NCBI GenBank assembly: GCA_963846575.1
Contig: CAWJWJ010000002.1
Location: forward strand, 1,280,001 to 1,344,000
Reading direction: 5' to 3'
Source of the DNA: an uncultured Nitrospiraceae bacterium
GTDB lineage: Bacteria; Nitrospirota; Nitrospiria; Nitrospirales; Nitrospiraceae
DNA length: 64,000 nt
Below the pieces are notes generated by a model. It had not been told where the DNA came from and did no database searches. It saw nothing but the letters and a program-made list of their open reading frames with translations. Below are positions 31,689-40,968 of the stretch, piece by piece. The stretch's first letter is position 1; each line of letters opens with the position of its first letter. A program made the position numbers and the translations under genes.

Positions 31689-32216
31689 ATGAACAAGATT
31701 ATTCAGGCCGTTATTTTTGGTTCCCTCTTTGGCTTTCTCCTACAGAAGGGGGGCGTCGCGAACTACCACGTCCTGGAAGGCCAACTCCTGCTGCAGGATT
31801 TTACGGTCATCAAGGTCATGTTGTCGGCTATCCTCGTAGGAATGGTCGGGATCTATGTGCTGCACAAAATGGCTGGCACCAAGTTACACCTCAAGCCTAC
31901 TAAAATAGGCGCCAACGTCCTTGGAGGATTGATTTTCGGCGTAGGGTTCGCATTTGCTGGTTATTGCCCGGGCACGGGGGCGGCAGCCCTGGGTCAGGGG
32001 GAGTTGCCGGCCCTGGTCGTCATGCTGGGTCTTGTCGCCGGGTCCTATGTGTATGCGGAGCTGTCGCAAAACATGAAGAAAACGGTCGAAACCTGGGGGG
32101 ATCTGGGGCGATTGACGCTACCCTCTGCAGTCGGCATGAAAACGGGGGCCTTCGTGGTCCTGTTCGCGGTGTTGCTGAGTGGTGTCCTTCTCCTCCTTCA
32201 TACGGTCCAGCCGTAA
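31689..32216 (+). CDS. YeeE/YedE sulfur transporter, CPGT type
   Basis: FGFLLQK..DFTVIKVM..GGLIFGVG..GYCPGT. Confidence 0.88.
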   Translation: MNKIIQAVIFGSLFGFLLQKGGVANYHVLEGQLLLQDFTVIKVMLSAILVGMVGIYVLHKMAGTKLHLKPTKIGANVLGGLIFGVGFAFAGYCPGTGAAALGQGELPALVVMLGLVAGSYVYAELSQNMKKTVETWGDLGRLTLPSAVGMKTGAFVVLFAVLLSGVLLLLHTVQP

Positions 32217-32272
32217 CCGGTGGACGGATTTCCAACGCATACGTTCTGAAGTTATCGCCCGAGGAGTGCGCG

Positions 32273-32818
32273 ATGAGAAACATCATGTCGATGAAAAGCT
32301 GGTCGCCTTATGTGGTCGGCGTTGGCATCGGTGTCTTAAGCTGGTTCACCTTCGCCTCGGCCGACCACCCGATCGGTATCACGACCGCATTCGAGTACAC
32401 TAGCGCCCTGGCGGAGAAGGCCGCCGCGCCGGAGATGGCGCAACCCTATCTCGCAGACCAGGCGGAGAAGAACCGGCGGCCCAAAATTGACTGGGAATGG
32501 ATGCTGGTGGTGGGAGTGTTTCTCGGGGCGTACGTGAGCGCCAGAATGTCGGGGGACCGCGTTCAGGGCGAGAATGTCCCGCCGCTGTGGCGATGGCGTT
32601 TCGGTGATTCACCGGCCCGGCGTTATCTCGGGGCCTTCGCCGGCGGTTGTCTCATGATGTTCGGCGCCCGCATCGCCCAGGGCTGCACCAGTGGCCATGT
32701 CATCAGTGGAACCTTGCAGCTTGCCCTGGCAAGTTGGATTTTCGCCCCGACCATTTTCATCGTCGGGATTGCGACGGCCTTCCTGATTTACGGGAAGGAG
32801 GGACGCGCCCATGTTTGA
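32273..32818 (+). CDS. YeeE/YedE sulfur transporter, GCTSGH type
   Basis: GAGGAG RBS before ATG 32273; WSPYVVG..FGARIAQGCTSGHVISG. Confidence 0.88.
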   Translation: MRNIMSMKSWSPYVVGVGIGVLSWFTFASADHPIGITTAFEYTSALAEKAAAPEMAQPYLADQAEKNRRPKIDWEWMLVVGVFLGAYVSARMSGDRVQGENVPPLWRWRFGDSPARRYLGAFAGGCLMMFGARIAQGCTSGHVISGTLQLALASWIFAPTIFIVGIATAFLIYGKEGRAHV

Positions 32819-33389
32819 TGAGCCCTACAAACTTTTACTTGGCCTGGTCACCGGCATTCTGTTCGGCATTCTGCTCCAAAAGGGGCAGGTCGCGAAATTT
32901 CACAAGATCCTCGGCCAGTTTTTGCTCAAGGACTGGACGGCCCTCAAGATCATGGTCACCGCGATTGCCGTGGGCACCCTTGGTGTGAACCTGTTGGTCG
33001 CCGGAGGGGAGGCCTCGTTGCATATCCAGACGGCCGCGCTGGCAAGGGTGCTCATCGGCGGCCTGTTCTTTGGTGTCGGTCTGGTCATCTTCGGCCTGTG
33101 TCCGGGCACCAGTGTCGCCGCCTGCGGCGAAGGGAAGCGGGACGCCCTGGTGGGTGTGATCGGAATGCTGTTCGGGGCAGGCCTGTATGTCGCCGCATTT
33201 TCGGCGTTGGAGCCCGTGATGGAATCCATGACCGACTTCGGCAAAGTCACGCTGCCTGAGGTGACGGGTGGGACGCCGCTGCTGTGGGCGTTCGGGCTTG
33301 CGGGAATACTGGCAGTCGTGCTGGTCGTTCTCGAACGCCACCATCCACACACATTGGATATAGAGAAGCAGAACCGCACGGTCAGGTGA
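32811..33389 (+). CDS. YeeE/YedE sulfur transporter, CPGT type
   Basis: FGILLQK..DWTALKIM..GLCPGT. Confidence 0.88.
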   Translation: MFDEPYKLLLGLVTGILFGILLQKGQVAKFHKILGQFLLKDWTALKIMVTAIAVGTLGVNLLVAGGEASLHIQTAALARVLIGGLFFGVGLVIFGLCPGTSVAACGEGKRDALVGVIGMLFGAGLYVAAFSALEPVMESMTDFGKVTLPEVTGGTPLLWAFGLAGILAVVLVVLERHHPHTLDIEKQNRTVR

Positions 33390-33829
33390 TACTCCGGCAT
33401 TCGACCGGGTGCGGCAGGTTCTCTGAGTACTGGATTCAGGGCTAGGGCAGGCAACTGCTGAAAGGCCGAATGGCCGCTCCGAACCTGGAGATCGTCGTTC
33501 CAATTACAGTCACGTAGACTCATCCTCCGCTCTGGACAACGCGTATGTTCTCCCGCCCGCACCGTCTTGATCCAGCGGCCCCTCATGCCCTGATTCCAGC
33601 GATCGCCTCATTACAGCACCAGGCACGTCGGTGGCCGCGGTTGAGGGAGTTGGCATGAACGGCATGCCGGGGACCGGGACGGTGGAATCCGAAGGGTCGG
33701 GCGGCTCCGGAACCGGGGGCTTGAGCTGGCGTCCCGGGGGGCGTACGGTATGTCGGGACGGGCCTCACGCCACGTCATCCGGAAGTCTCCCCGGTCGCGC
33801 TGCCAGCCGGTCACAAAGGAGGAATCATC

Positions 33830-34009
33830 ATGCCATGGGAAGCCCCTTCGTTTGTTGAAGTGAAGATGGATGCCGAAATCGGCTCCTATCAGGACGACTT
33901 CGAGAACGTCCCGGATGTGACCGGACACATGGAACATGCCGCGGCGCAGGTCAACGAGCAGAGCGTTTCACCCTGGGCCGCCATCCCTCCGGCACCTCGA
34001 GCAACGTAA
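33830..34009 (+). CDS. pqqA: PQQ precursor peptide with long C-terminal extension (59 aa)
   Basis: Below ORF-track cutoff; AAGGAGG RBS; MPWEAPSFVEVKMDAEIGSYQDD.. has the W..P.F leader and E-x3-Y core; directly before pqqB. Confidence 0.88.
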   Translation: MPWEAPSFVEVKMDAEIGSYQDDFENVPDVTGHMEHAAAQVNEQSVSPWAAIPPAPRAT

Positions 34010-34039
34010 CCATGCAGGAGCGGAAGGGGGTTACTCGGC

Positions 34040-34963
34040 GTGAGAATTCGCGTCCTAGGGTCCGCGGCTGGTGGAGCGTTTCCGCAATGGAACTGTGCCT
34101 GTCCTAATTGCCGGGGCCTGCGGGAGGGGGTGATCAAGGCCGCTCCCAGATCCCAGGAGTCCGTCTGCCTGAGCGCCGGCCATGGCGACTGGTGGCTCAT
34201 CAACGCCTCCCCGGACATTCGTCAGCAGATCGAAGGCTTCTCACCTCTCCACCCCAGAAGGTCACGCGACACGCCGATCCAGGCGATTTTCCTGAGCAAC
34301 GGGGATCTGGATCATTGCCTCGGGTTGCTGTCGCTTCGTGAGAATCAGCCGCTCGTCGTCTATACGACCGGTGCGGTGCGGGATGCCCTGATGGAGCGCA
34401 ATGTCATATTCCGGACGCTTCAACGGTTTGCTGGTCAGGTCACCTGGCGCAGCCTGACGCTCGGTGCCGAAGAATCCGTCGCGGACGTCGGCGGGGGCCG
34501 GTCTGGATTGACGGTGACAGCCGTGGCCGTCCCGGGAAAGCCGCCGGTGCATCTGGAAGGGCTCGTGCGGGCGGATGACCCGGAACTCAATGTGGGCTTC
34601 AGGTTCCGCCAACCGGACAACGGCCGGGTCATGGCTTATCTGCCGGCTGTCGGCAGGATCACCCAGCCGGTCTATGAGGTGATGGAAGGGGCGGATTGCG
34701 TATTTTTCGACGGGACCTTTTGGTCGAGCCATGAACTCGCCTCCCAGGGCCTGCCGGGAAAATCCGCGCAGGAGATGGCGCATTGGCCTGTCGGCGGGGA
34801 ACAGGGAAGTCTTGCGCTCCTGTCGCACATCCGGGTCCCCCGGCTGGTGTTCATCCACATCAACAATACCAATCCGGTGCTGAGGGAGGACTCTCCCGAG
34901 CGGAAGGATGTGGAGGCGGCGGGATGGGAGGTGGCCTGGGACGGAATGGAGATCAGGTTATGA
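34040..34963 (+). CDS. pqqB: PQQ biosynthesis protein B
   Basis: VLGSAAGGAFPQWNCACPNC, NASPDIRQQI, FFDGTFW, HINNTNP. Confidence 0.95.
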   Translation: MRIRVLGSAAGGAFPQWNCACPNCRGLREGVIKAAPRSQESVCLSAGHGDWWLINASPDIRQQIEGFSPLHPRRSRDTPIQAIFLSNGDLDHCLGLLSLRENQPLVVYTTGAVRDALMERNVIFRTLQRFAGQVTWRSLTLGAEESVADVGGGRSGLTVTAVAVPGKPPVHLEGLVRADDPELNVGFRFRQPDNGRVMAYLPAVGRITQPVYEVMEGADCVFFDGTFWSSHELASQGLPGKSAQEMAHWPVGGEQGSLALLSHIRVPRLVFIHINNTNPVLREDSPERKDVEAAGWEVAWDGMEIRL

Positions 34964-35724
34964 TCAACAAGATCGGGCGGACCCCGCTTTCCCGTGAGGC
35001 CTTCGTGGAGCGGCTCAGACGCGAAGGGGGCGTCAGGTATCATGACCATCACCCCTTCCATCTCCGCATGCACGGCGGCCACCTGACGCGCCACCAGCTT
35101 CAACAATGGGTCCTGAACCGGTATTACTACCAGACGAGAATTCCCATCAAGGATGCGCTCATCCTGTCGAAGTCCGATGACCCTGCGTTCCGCCGTCAAT
35201 GGCTGCGTCGTATCCAGGATCAGGACGGCCCTGAGGCAGGGCAGGGCGGCCTGGCGTCATGGCTGGCATTGGCCCGTGGGGTGGGTCTCGACGTGGAGGA
35301 TGTCAGGAGCTGCCGGCTCGTCCTCCCGGGTGTCCGGCTCGCTTGCGATGGCTACGTGCTGTTCGTCCGCGAGCATTCGTTGCTCCAGGCCGTGGCCTCC
35401 TCCCTCACGGAACTGTTTGCGCCCGCCTTGATGGCGCAACGGGTGGAGGCATGGAGGCGCCATTACCCCTGGGTGAACCGGGAGGCCCTGGAATATTTTC
35501 AGATGCGTATTGCCCGCGCGAGCCTCGACTCAACACAGGCTATCGACTATGTGGTCGAGCATGCCGTCTCATTCGATCTGCAGGAGCAATGTGTGGCGGC
35601 CTTGATCAAGAAGGCGGACATTTTGTGGCACATGCTCGATGGTATCGACAACGCATCGGTCAAACCGGGGCAGGCAGGGAAGGAGGAGACGCATGATCCG
35701 CTCGACGGCCAGGCCACGGCTTAG
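34960..35724 (+). CDS. pqqC: PQQ synthase
   Basis: YHDHHPFH, WVLNRYYYQTRIPIKDA, ASSLTELFAP, KADILWHMLD. Confidence 0.95.
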   Translation: MINKIGRTPLSREAFVERLRREGGVRYHDHHPFHLRMHGGHLTRHQLQQWVLNRYYYQTRIPIKDALILSKSDDPAFRRQWLRRIQDQDGPEAGQGGLASWLALARGVGLDVEDVRSCRLVLPGVRLACDGYVLFVREHSLLQAVASSLTELFAPALMAQRVEAWRRHYPWVNREALEYFQMRIARASLDSTQAIDYVVEHAVSFDLQEQCVAALIKKADILWHMLDGIDNASVKPGQAGKEETHDPLDGQATA

Positions 35725-35974
35725 CGCTAAAGTTCGCCTTCGCTTCGATCGAAGAACCGGCCGCACCCTGCTGCTGTATCCTGAAACAGGGCTCGAACTG
35801 AACAGGACCGCGACCGAGATTGCAGAGCTCTGTAGGGGAGACCGCACGGTGGACGACATCATCGGCCTTGTCGCCCTGAGGTATGGCGACTGCTCTCCTC
35901 TCGACCTCAAGCGTGACGTGGAGACCTTTCTCGATACTCTCGCCGGCCGAGGCCTCCTGCGAGGGTTACCGTGA
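35693..35974 (+). CDS. pqqD: PQQ precursor chaperone (RRE)
   Basis: PRL..RLRFD..LLYPE..LN.TA.EI..LC.G.RTV. Confidence 0.9.
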   Translation: MIRSTARPRLSAKVRLRFDRRTGRTLLLYPETGLELNRTATEIAELCRGDRTVDDIIGLVALRYGDCSPLDLKRDVETFLDTLAGRGLLRGLP

Positions 35975-37074
35975 GCCGCGAATGGCGTCCCTACACATTG
36001 ATCGCCGAACTCACCTACCGCTGCGCGCTACGCTGCCCCTACTGTTCGAACCCGCTCGACTATGGCGCCCGGCACCGCGAACTCGATACCGGCACCTGGC
36101 TGCGCCTGTTTCGCGAAGCGGACGCCCTGGGGGTCGTCCAGCTGAACCTGACAGGCGGCGAGCCGCTGATCAGAGACGATCTCGAACGCCTCGTCGAGGG
36201 CGCGCGCCGGCTCGATCTCTACACGAACCTCATCACGAGCGGCATGCCCCTCACCCTCGAGCGCCTCGCCCGCCTTCGGGACCTTGGCCTCGACAGCGTG
36301 CAGGTGTCGATTCAAAGTACCCGGCCATCGGAGTCTGACCGCATCGCCGGGGCGCCGTCGTTCCATCGAAAGCTCGACGCCATGCGGTGGGTCACCTCGC
36401 TCGGCCTGCCGCTGACCATGAACGTCGTGCTCCATCGCGACAACATTGCGGAGGTGGCCGACCTCATCGCCCTGGCCGAGCGGCTCTCTGCCGAACGGCT
36501 CGAACTGGCGAACGCGCAATATCTCGGATGGGCCCTGCGGAACCGTTCAGCCCTGCTGCCGACGCACGACCAAATTGACCGGGCGCGAACCGTTGCCGAT
36601 GAGGCCCGGAGACGGCTGAAGGGCCGGATGGACGTGCTCTTCGTCACCCCCGACTATTATTCGGCCTATCCGAAATCCTGCATGGACGGGTGGGGGCGCC
36701 GCTTCATCGTGGTGAATCCGGAGGGCCTCGCCCTGCCCTGCCATCTGGCGCAGACTCTCCCCGGGTTGCAGTTCGACAACGTCGCGGACCGCAGCCTCGA
36801 GGACATCTGGCGCCATTCCTCCTGCTTCAATCGGTTTCGCGGAGAGGACTGGCTGCCCGATCCCTGCAAGACATGCCACCGCCGCACGATAGATTTCGGC
36901 GGCTGCCGTTGTCAGGCCTTTCATTTGACGGGACAGGCCGGTGTGACGGATCCCGCCTGTTCCCTCTCATCCGACCATGGTCTGATCGAAGCAGCACGGA
37001 GCCAGACGAGGCAGATGGCGGGCGTACCGGTGCTGTTCGAACACCGGAGCGGTCGAGGATTTGTGCAAGGATGA
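35971..37074 (+). CDS. pqqE: PqqA peptide cyclase, radical SAM/SPASM
   Basis: AELTYRCALRCPYCSNP, GGEPL, PKSCMDGWG, ALPCH, DFGGCRCQA. Confidence 0.95.
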   Translation: MSREWRPYTLIAELTYRCALRCPYCSNPLDYGARHRELDTGTWLRLFREADALGVVQLNLTGGEPLIRDDLERLVEGARRLDLYTNLITSGMPLTLERLARLRDLGLDSVQVSIQSTRPSESDRIAGAPSFHRKLDAMRWVTSLGLPLTMNVVLHRDNIAEVADLIALAERLSAERLELANAQYLGWALRNRSALLPTHDQIDRARTVADEARRRLKGRMDVLFVTPDYYSAYPKSCMDGWGRRFIVVNPEGLALPCHLAQTLPGLQFDNVADRSLEDIWRHSSCFNRFRGEDWLPDPCKTCHRRTIDFGGCRCQAFHLTGQAGVTDPACSLSSDHGLIEAARSQTRQMAGVPVLFEHRSGRGFVQG

Positions 37075-37592
37075 TCCGGCGTATGGACATCGGTCTGGTC
37101 GTGTTGTCCCTGCTGGCCGTCTCGGTCGCGCTGTTCGCTTTCGTGAAGGACCGCTCGCTGCCGATGGAGGGACTGTATGCCAGCGGCCGGCTCATCGGGA
37201 GCGTCTGGATCGAACTGCTGCTGGGATTCTTCATTGCGGGGCTGGTTGAGGTGCTCGTCTCGCCGGCCCGGATCACGGCCTGGCTGGGACCTGCGTCTTC
37301 GATGCGTGGCATCGCGATCGGATGGATGGCCGGCCTGGTGATTCCGGGCGGACCGTACCTGCTGTTTCCCCTGGCAGCCGGGTTGTTCAAGAGCGGCGTG
37401 GCCCCCGGCGCCTTGATCGCGCTGATTACGGCGAAGACGTTGCTGAGCCCCATCAGGATGCTGACCTACGAAGCGCCGCTGATGGGGTGGCCCTTGACGC
37501 TCGCCCGGTGTGTGCCGGCCCTTGTGCTGCCTCCGTTACTGGGACTGCTCGGCCAGTGGTGCTTTAACCTGATCACGAAAAAATTCGGCTGA
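37071..37592 (+). CDS. Permease (ArsP/DUF318-like half)
   Basis: Multiple TM helices, AWLG..GI..PGGPY..P.AAGL motif; ATGA overlap with pqqE. Confidence 0.7.
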   Translation: MIRRMDIGLVVLSLLAVSVALFAFVKDRSLPMEGLYASGRLIGSVWIELLLGFFIAGLVEVLVSPARITAWLGPASSMRGIAIGWMAGLVIPGGPYLLFPLAAGLFKSGVAPGALIALITAKTLLSPIRMLTYEAPLMGWPLTLARCVPALVLPPLLGLLGQWCFNLITKKFG

Positions 37593-37620
37593 AGGCTATC
37601 TACCAGGGAAAGGGCAAACC

Positions 37621-38733
37621 ATGAATCGCATGCTGGTGTCGGCGGTCTCCACGATGGTTCTGATGTGCGCCGCCCGCGGGGTCCACGCGGAGGCGCTTCC
37701 GCTGGAGAAGATCACGCTCCCTCCGGGTTTTGCGATCTCGGTGTACGCGGACAATGTGCCCAATGCGCGGGGAATGACGCTCGGCCGTAACGGGACGTTG
37801 TTTGTCGGCAGCCGGGCCAAGGGGCACGTCTACGCCGTGCTGGACAAGGACGGCGACCAGCGGGCCGATGAAGTCCTCACCGTCGCCACCGGCCTGCGCA
37901 TACCGGTCGGCGTGGCCTACCGGGACGGCTCGCTCTACGTCTCCGCCCTCGATCGCATCCTGCGCCTCGACCAGATCGATCAGCGGCTGAGGAATCCGCC
38001 CACGCCGGTGGTGGTCACGGACCGTTTTCCCCAGGACACGTCGCACGGGTGGAAATTTATCGCCTTCGGTCCAGACGGCAAGCTCTATGTGCCGGTCGGA
38101 GCGCCGTGTAATATCTGCGAGCCTGACCCTGATCGGTACGCCATGATCGCCAGAATGAATCCGGATGGGAGCGGGTACGAGGTCGTCGCCCGCGGGGTCC
38201 GGAACTCCGTCGGTTTCGATTGGGATCCGGGGAACCGGGAATTGTGGTTCACGGACAACGGCCGGGATTACCTCGGCGACGATCGGCCGCCGGACGAGCT
38301 CAACCACGCAGCCGAGCCGGGGCTGCATTTCGGCTATCCCTATTGTCACGGGGGCACGATCCCGGATCCGGAATATGGCGGCAAACACCTCTGCAGTGAA
38401 TTCACCCCTCCGGCGGTCACCCTCGGTCCCCATGTCGCGGCGCTAGGGATGCGCTTCTACACCGGCGACATGTTTCCCGAGGAATACCGGAACCAAATCC
38501 TGATCGCCGAGCATGGCTCGTGGAACCGCAGCGACAAGATCGGCTACCGGATCACGTTGGTGTCCAGGGACAAGCAGGATCGCCTGGGTTACTCGGTCTT
38601 TGCCGAAGGATGGCTGCAGGGGACCTCAGCATGGGGGCGTCCCGTTGATCTCCTGGTCATGCCGGACGGCGCCCTGTTGGTCTCGGACGATTCGGCGGGC
38701 GTGATCTACCGAATCAGCTATCAGAAACCGTAA
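37621..38733 (+). CDS. PQQ-dependent sugar (glucose/sorbosone) dehydrogenase family, periplasmic
   Basis: Signal peptide; FGPDGKLYV.VGAPCNIC, GVRNSVGFDW, DNGRD, HGSWNR, GRPVD..DGALLVSDD. Confidence 0.88.
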   Translation: MNRMLVSAVSTMVLMCAARGVHAEALPLEKITLPPGFAISVYADNVPNARGMTLGRNGTLFVGSRAKGHVYAVLDKDGDQRADEVLTVATGLRIPVGVAYRDGSLYVSALDRILRLDQIDQRLRNPPTPVVVTDRFPQDTSHGWKFIAFGPDGKLYVPVGAPCNICEPDPDRYAMIARMNPDGSGYEVVARGVRNSVGFDWDPGNRELWFTDNGRDYLGDDRPPDELNHAAEPGLHFGYPYCHGGTIPDPEYGGKHLCSEFTPPAVTLGPHVAALGMRFYTGDMFPEEYRNQILIAEHGSWNRSDKIGYRITLVSRDKQDRLGYSVFAEGWLQGTSAWGRPVDLLVMPDGALLVSDDSAGVIYRISYQKP

Positions 38734-38771
38734 CAGGCCACGTTCCCGTGGAAGCAGAGATGAGGGTCGCT

Positions 38772-38798
38772 TTGTTCCACGATCTCCGGCACTGTGCG
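38772..38798 (+). pseudogene. Short tyrosine-integrase fragment (box II)
   Basis: Encodes LFHDLRHCA with no flanking intact frame. Confidence 0.5.
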
Positions 38799-38869
38799 CC
38801 GACTCCCGTTAGAAAGGCGTGGCGAACGGGAACACGTGTAAGAAAGCGTCAACACGGCAGGCTTTGGGT

Positions 38870-39421
38870 ACCACAACTGAGGAGTGAGTGGGAGGCCATC
38901 GTGCGGCCAACGTCCACTCAGGCCGGTTCTGCCGACCGCCTATCAACTCGGGCAACGCTTCAGCGAAATTCCCGGTCTCACGTGGAACTGGGTCGACTCA
39001 ACGAAGGGACTTTCTACCCTCTGCTCACGGGGCGTTCGGTTCCTGGGGCTCCCGACGTTAAGATGGCCTTGCGGCGTCGCTCTAAATCACACTCTTGCCA
39101 CAAGCCACGACTTCAGGTACAAGGGTCGACCGTAGCGGGTTAGCCGGTCATCAAGACCGCTCTCCTGGATTGAGGCATCCCAGAATTCGGTTTGCACGGC
39201 CCGCGCCACGGAGCCTCGATCAATCTGAGGAGGGCAGGGGCGGACAGGGCAATGGCTATGAAGATCGTCGCTCATAGTCCGGTAAAATGTGGAAACGCTA
39301 CGATGCGGTCAAGGAGCGAGACTTGACTCCCGCTGCACAAAAGGTTCACAGATACCTCCAAGCTAACCCAGGTGAACACCGGGTGATTCGGCCGCCGAAT
39401 ACCAGCCTGCCAAGTGGTTGA
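38870..39421 (+). pseudogene. Decayed tyrosine integrase catalytic domain
   Basis: Collinear across frameshifts/stops: LRPVLPTAYQLGQRFSEIPGLTW (box I), FRYKGRP, GIPEFGLHGPRH (HxxRH), INLRRAG..MKIVAH, KMWKRY (catalytic Tyr). Confidence 0.8.
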
Positions 39422-39430
39422 AAATAGCGT

Positions 39431-39469
39431 GCGCCCGTAGCTCAGTCGGATAGAGCATCAGCCTTCTAA
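39431..39469 (+). pseudogene. 5' half of tRNA-Arg(TCT), att-site remnant
   Basis: GCGCCCG-TA-GCTC-AGTCGGATA-GAGC-A-TCAGC-CTTCTAA, then TCTTC where GCTGA is required; no T arm. Confidence 0.85.
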
Positions 39470-40549
39470 TCTTCTCCTGAACATACCTGTATCTCGTTGT
39501 TGCATCAGCGGAAAGCGGCCACAGCAGCAAGATTTCGCAGATTTACCACGTACCGCTAATGTGGGCTGAGTGAGGGCAATTTAGGTGAATTCGGGTGGAA
39601 ATCTAACACCCTATTAACATCAAGGAAAGTACTTATCAAATCCTAATCTTCCCAAGCCCTCCTGATCTTTCATCACATTTCCGGGTGATTCCGCAAAACT
39701 CCGCTTTTGGCGCAAGTTTGCACGGGGTTGACCAGTTGGATTTATTCCGGTCAATTCAGGCGAGTTTGGTTCTGTTTTGCTGTAGGGCTGACACTCTAAT
39801 GGCCCCGAATGCAGCGATCACCGAGCCCAGCGACGTGCTCCAGGGATGCGGGAGTCTCGTCCAAGGGCGCATCGCATGGTCCAAGGCCACCATCGCCAGT
39901 AAACTGATCCAAAAGGAGAACAGTCCCCTACGGGAATTAATTGACCATTCGATTCTCTTTGGCCCTTCAGGGGCTACCAGGGCACGGTCGGCAGCTTCAG
40001 CAACTTCACCTGTACGATATAGCTGCGAGTCGTGCTAGAAATAGTTTCCTGTACCACGGCCGGTTTGTCGGCGAAGGATAAAGTATGAGTGGCCCCCTGC
40101 TGTGCGTCTTTACACCAGAATGGCGTCCCGGACGCAGTGTAGTACAGCACTAGCAACGGATCATAGTCGCTGCCGTCTTCTCGTAGATGCCTTCGTCCAC
40201 ACTTGGCGTGGCGGCATTATGATCCGGAACGACTTCCTGCATGATCGGGACGAGTTGGGGCGGGCAGTAGTTCAGGGGGCGTGGGAGGGACAACGGATTT
40301 TTCCATCATGTTATTTGGCTTCAGTTGGCATTCACAATTCGCCGCTGGCCACCGCGTGCTCGAACGCGGGCAGCAGGCCGAGCAGGTCTCAGAAAGATGG
40401 CGTCATGTCGACGCTTCCTCCTCTTCGCCGCGAATTCTTTTTGACCATGGCAGTTGGTCGCTGAGAAACAGCCCCCTAAGTCCCCGTTGATCTGACTCAT
40501 CTGACGGACTACGATATCGGCAGGCCACCCAGCCACCGGAGGACCCATC

Positions 40550-40942
40550 ATGCCCAAACCTAAGAGTCGGGCTGGAACTCGCCCGACGGTACAATCCATT
40601 GCCTCCTATGTGCAGAAAAATGCAAGCCGCGTCCTGCACATCCAGCAACATCAGCACCCCGTGACCGACAGCGTTCGAGAGGCCGACTATCAGGGCCATC
40701 ATATTGTTGTGCGCACTCACTATGAGATCGAAGTGGACGGGCGTGCGGTGACCGGCCATATGGGCGTGACGAATGATGGCCACGTGCATTATCATCCCGT
40801 GCCGAATATGTCGTTTGCCTCGGCCATTGATTTAGTGAAACAGCTCATTGACGTGTTCCCCGATGACTTCTCCAAAAAGGCACCACGGACTCGACGCCGA
40901 CGTCCGGCACGGAAGCCGACACGCACTCGTCCGCATCACTAG
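40550..40942 (+). CDS. MelC1-like tyrosinase caddie / copper chaperone
   Basis: His-rich; YQGHHIVV..IEVDG..HM.V.NDG..F.S.IDL.K.LID pattern; 26 nt upstream of tyrosinase; GGAGG RBS. Confidence 0.65.
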   Translation: MPKPKSRAGTRPTVQSIASYVQKNASRVLHIQQHQHPVTDSVREADYQGHHIVVRTHYEIEVDGRAVTGHMGVTNDGHVHYHPVPNMSFASAIDLVKQLIDVFPDDFSKKAPRTRRRRPARKPTRTRPHH

Positions 40943-40968
40943 ACGCCACCGGAAGGATAGTACGCACT

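Noticed and set aside
38794..39220. Group II intron inserted in the integrase (starts GTGCG)
   Set aside because: GTGCG comes from the Cys-Ala codons; the interval itself translates to integrase motifs and no domain V is present
39470..39700. Group I intron interrupting tRNA-Arg
   Set aside because: No P7/S consensus and no 3' tRNA exon seen downstream; integrase context explains the break better
39740..40200. Decayed membrane-protein fragments on the minus strand (LFSFWISLLAMVALDH..)
   Set aside because: Too degraded to assign by eye; needs BLASTx
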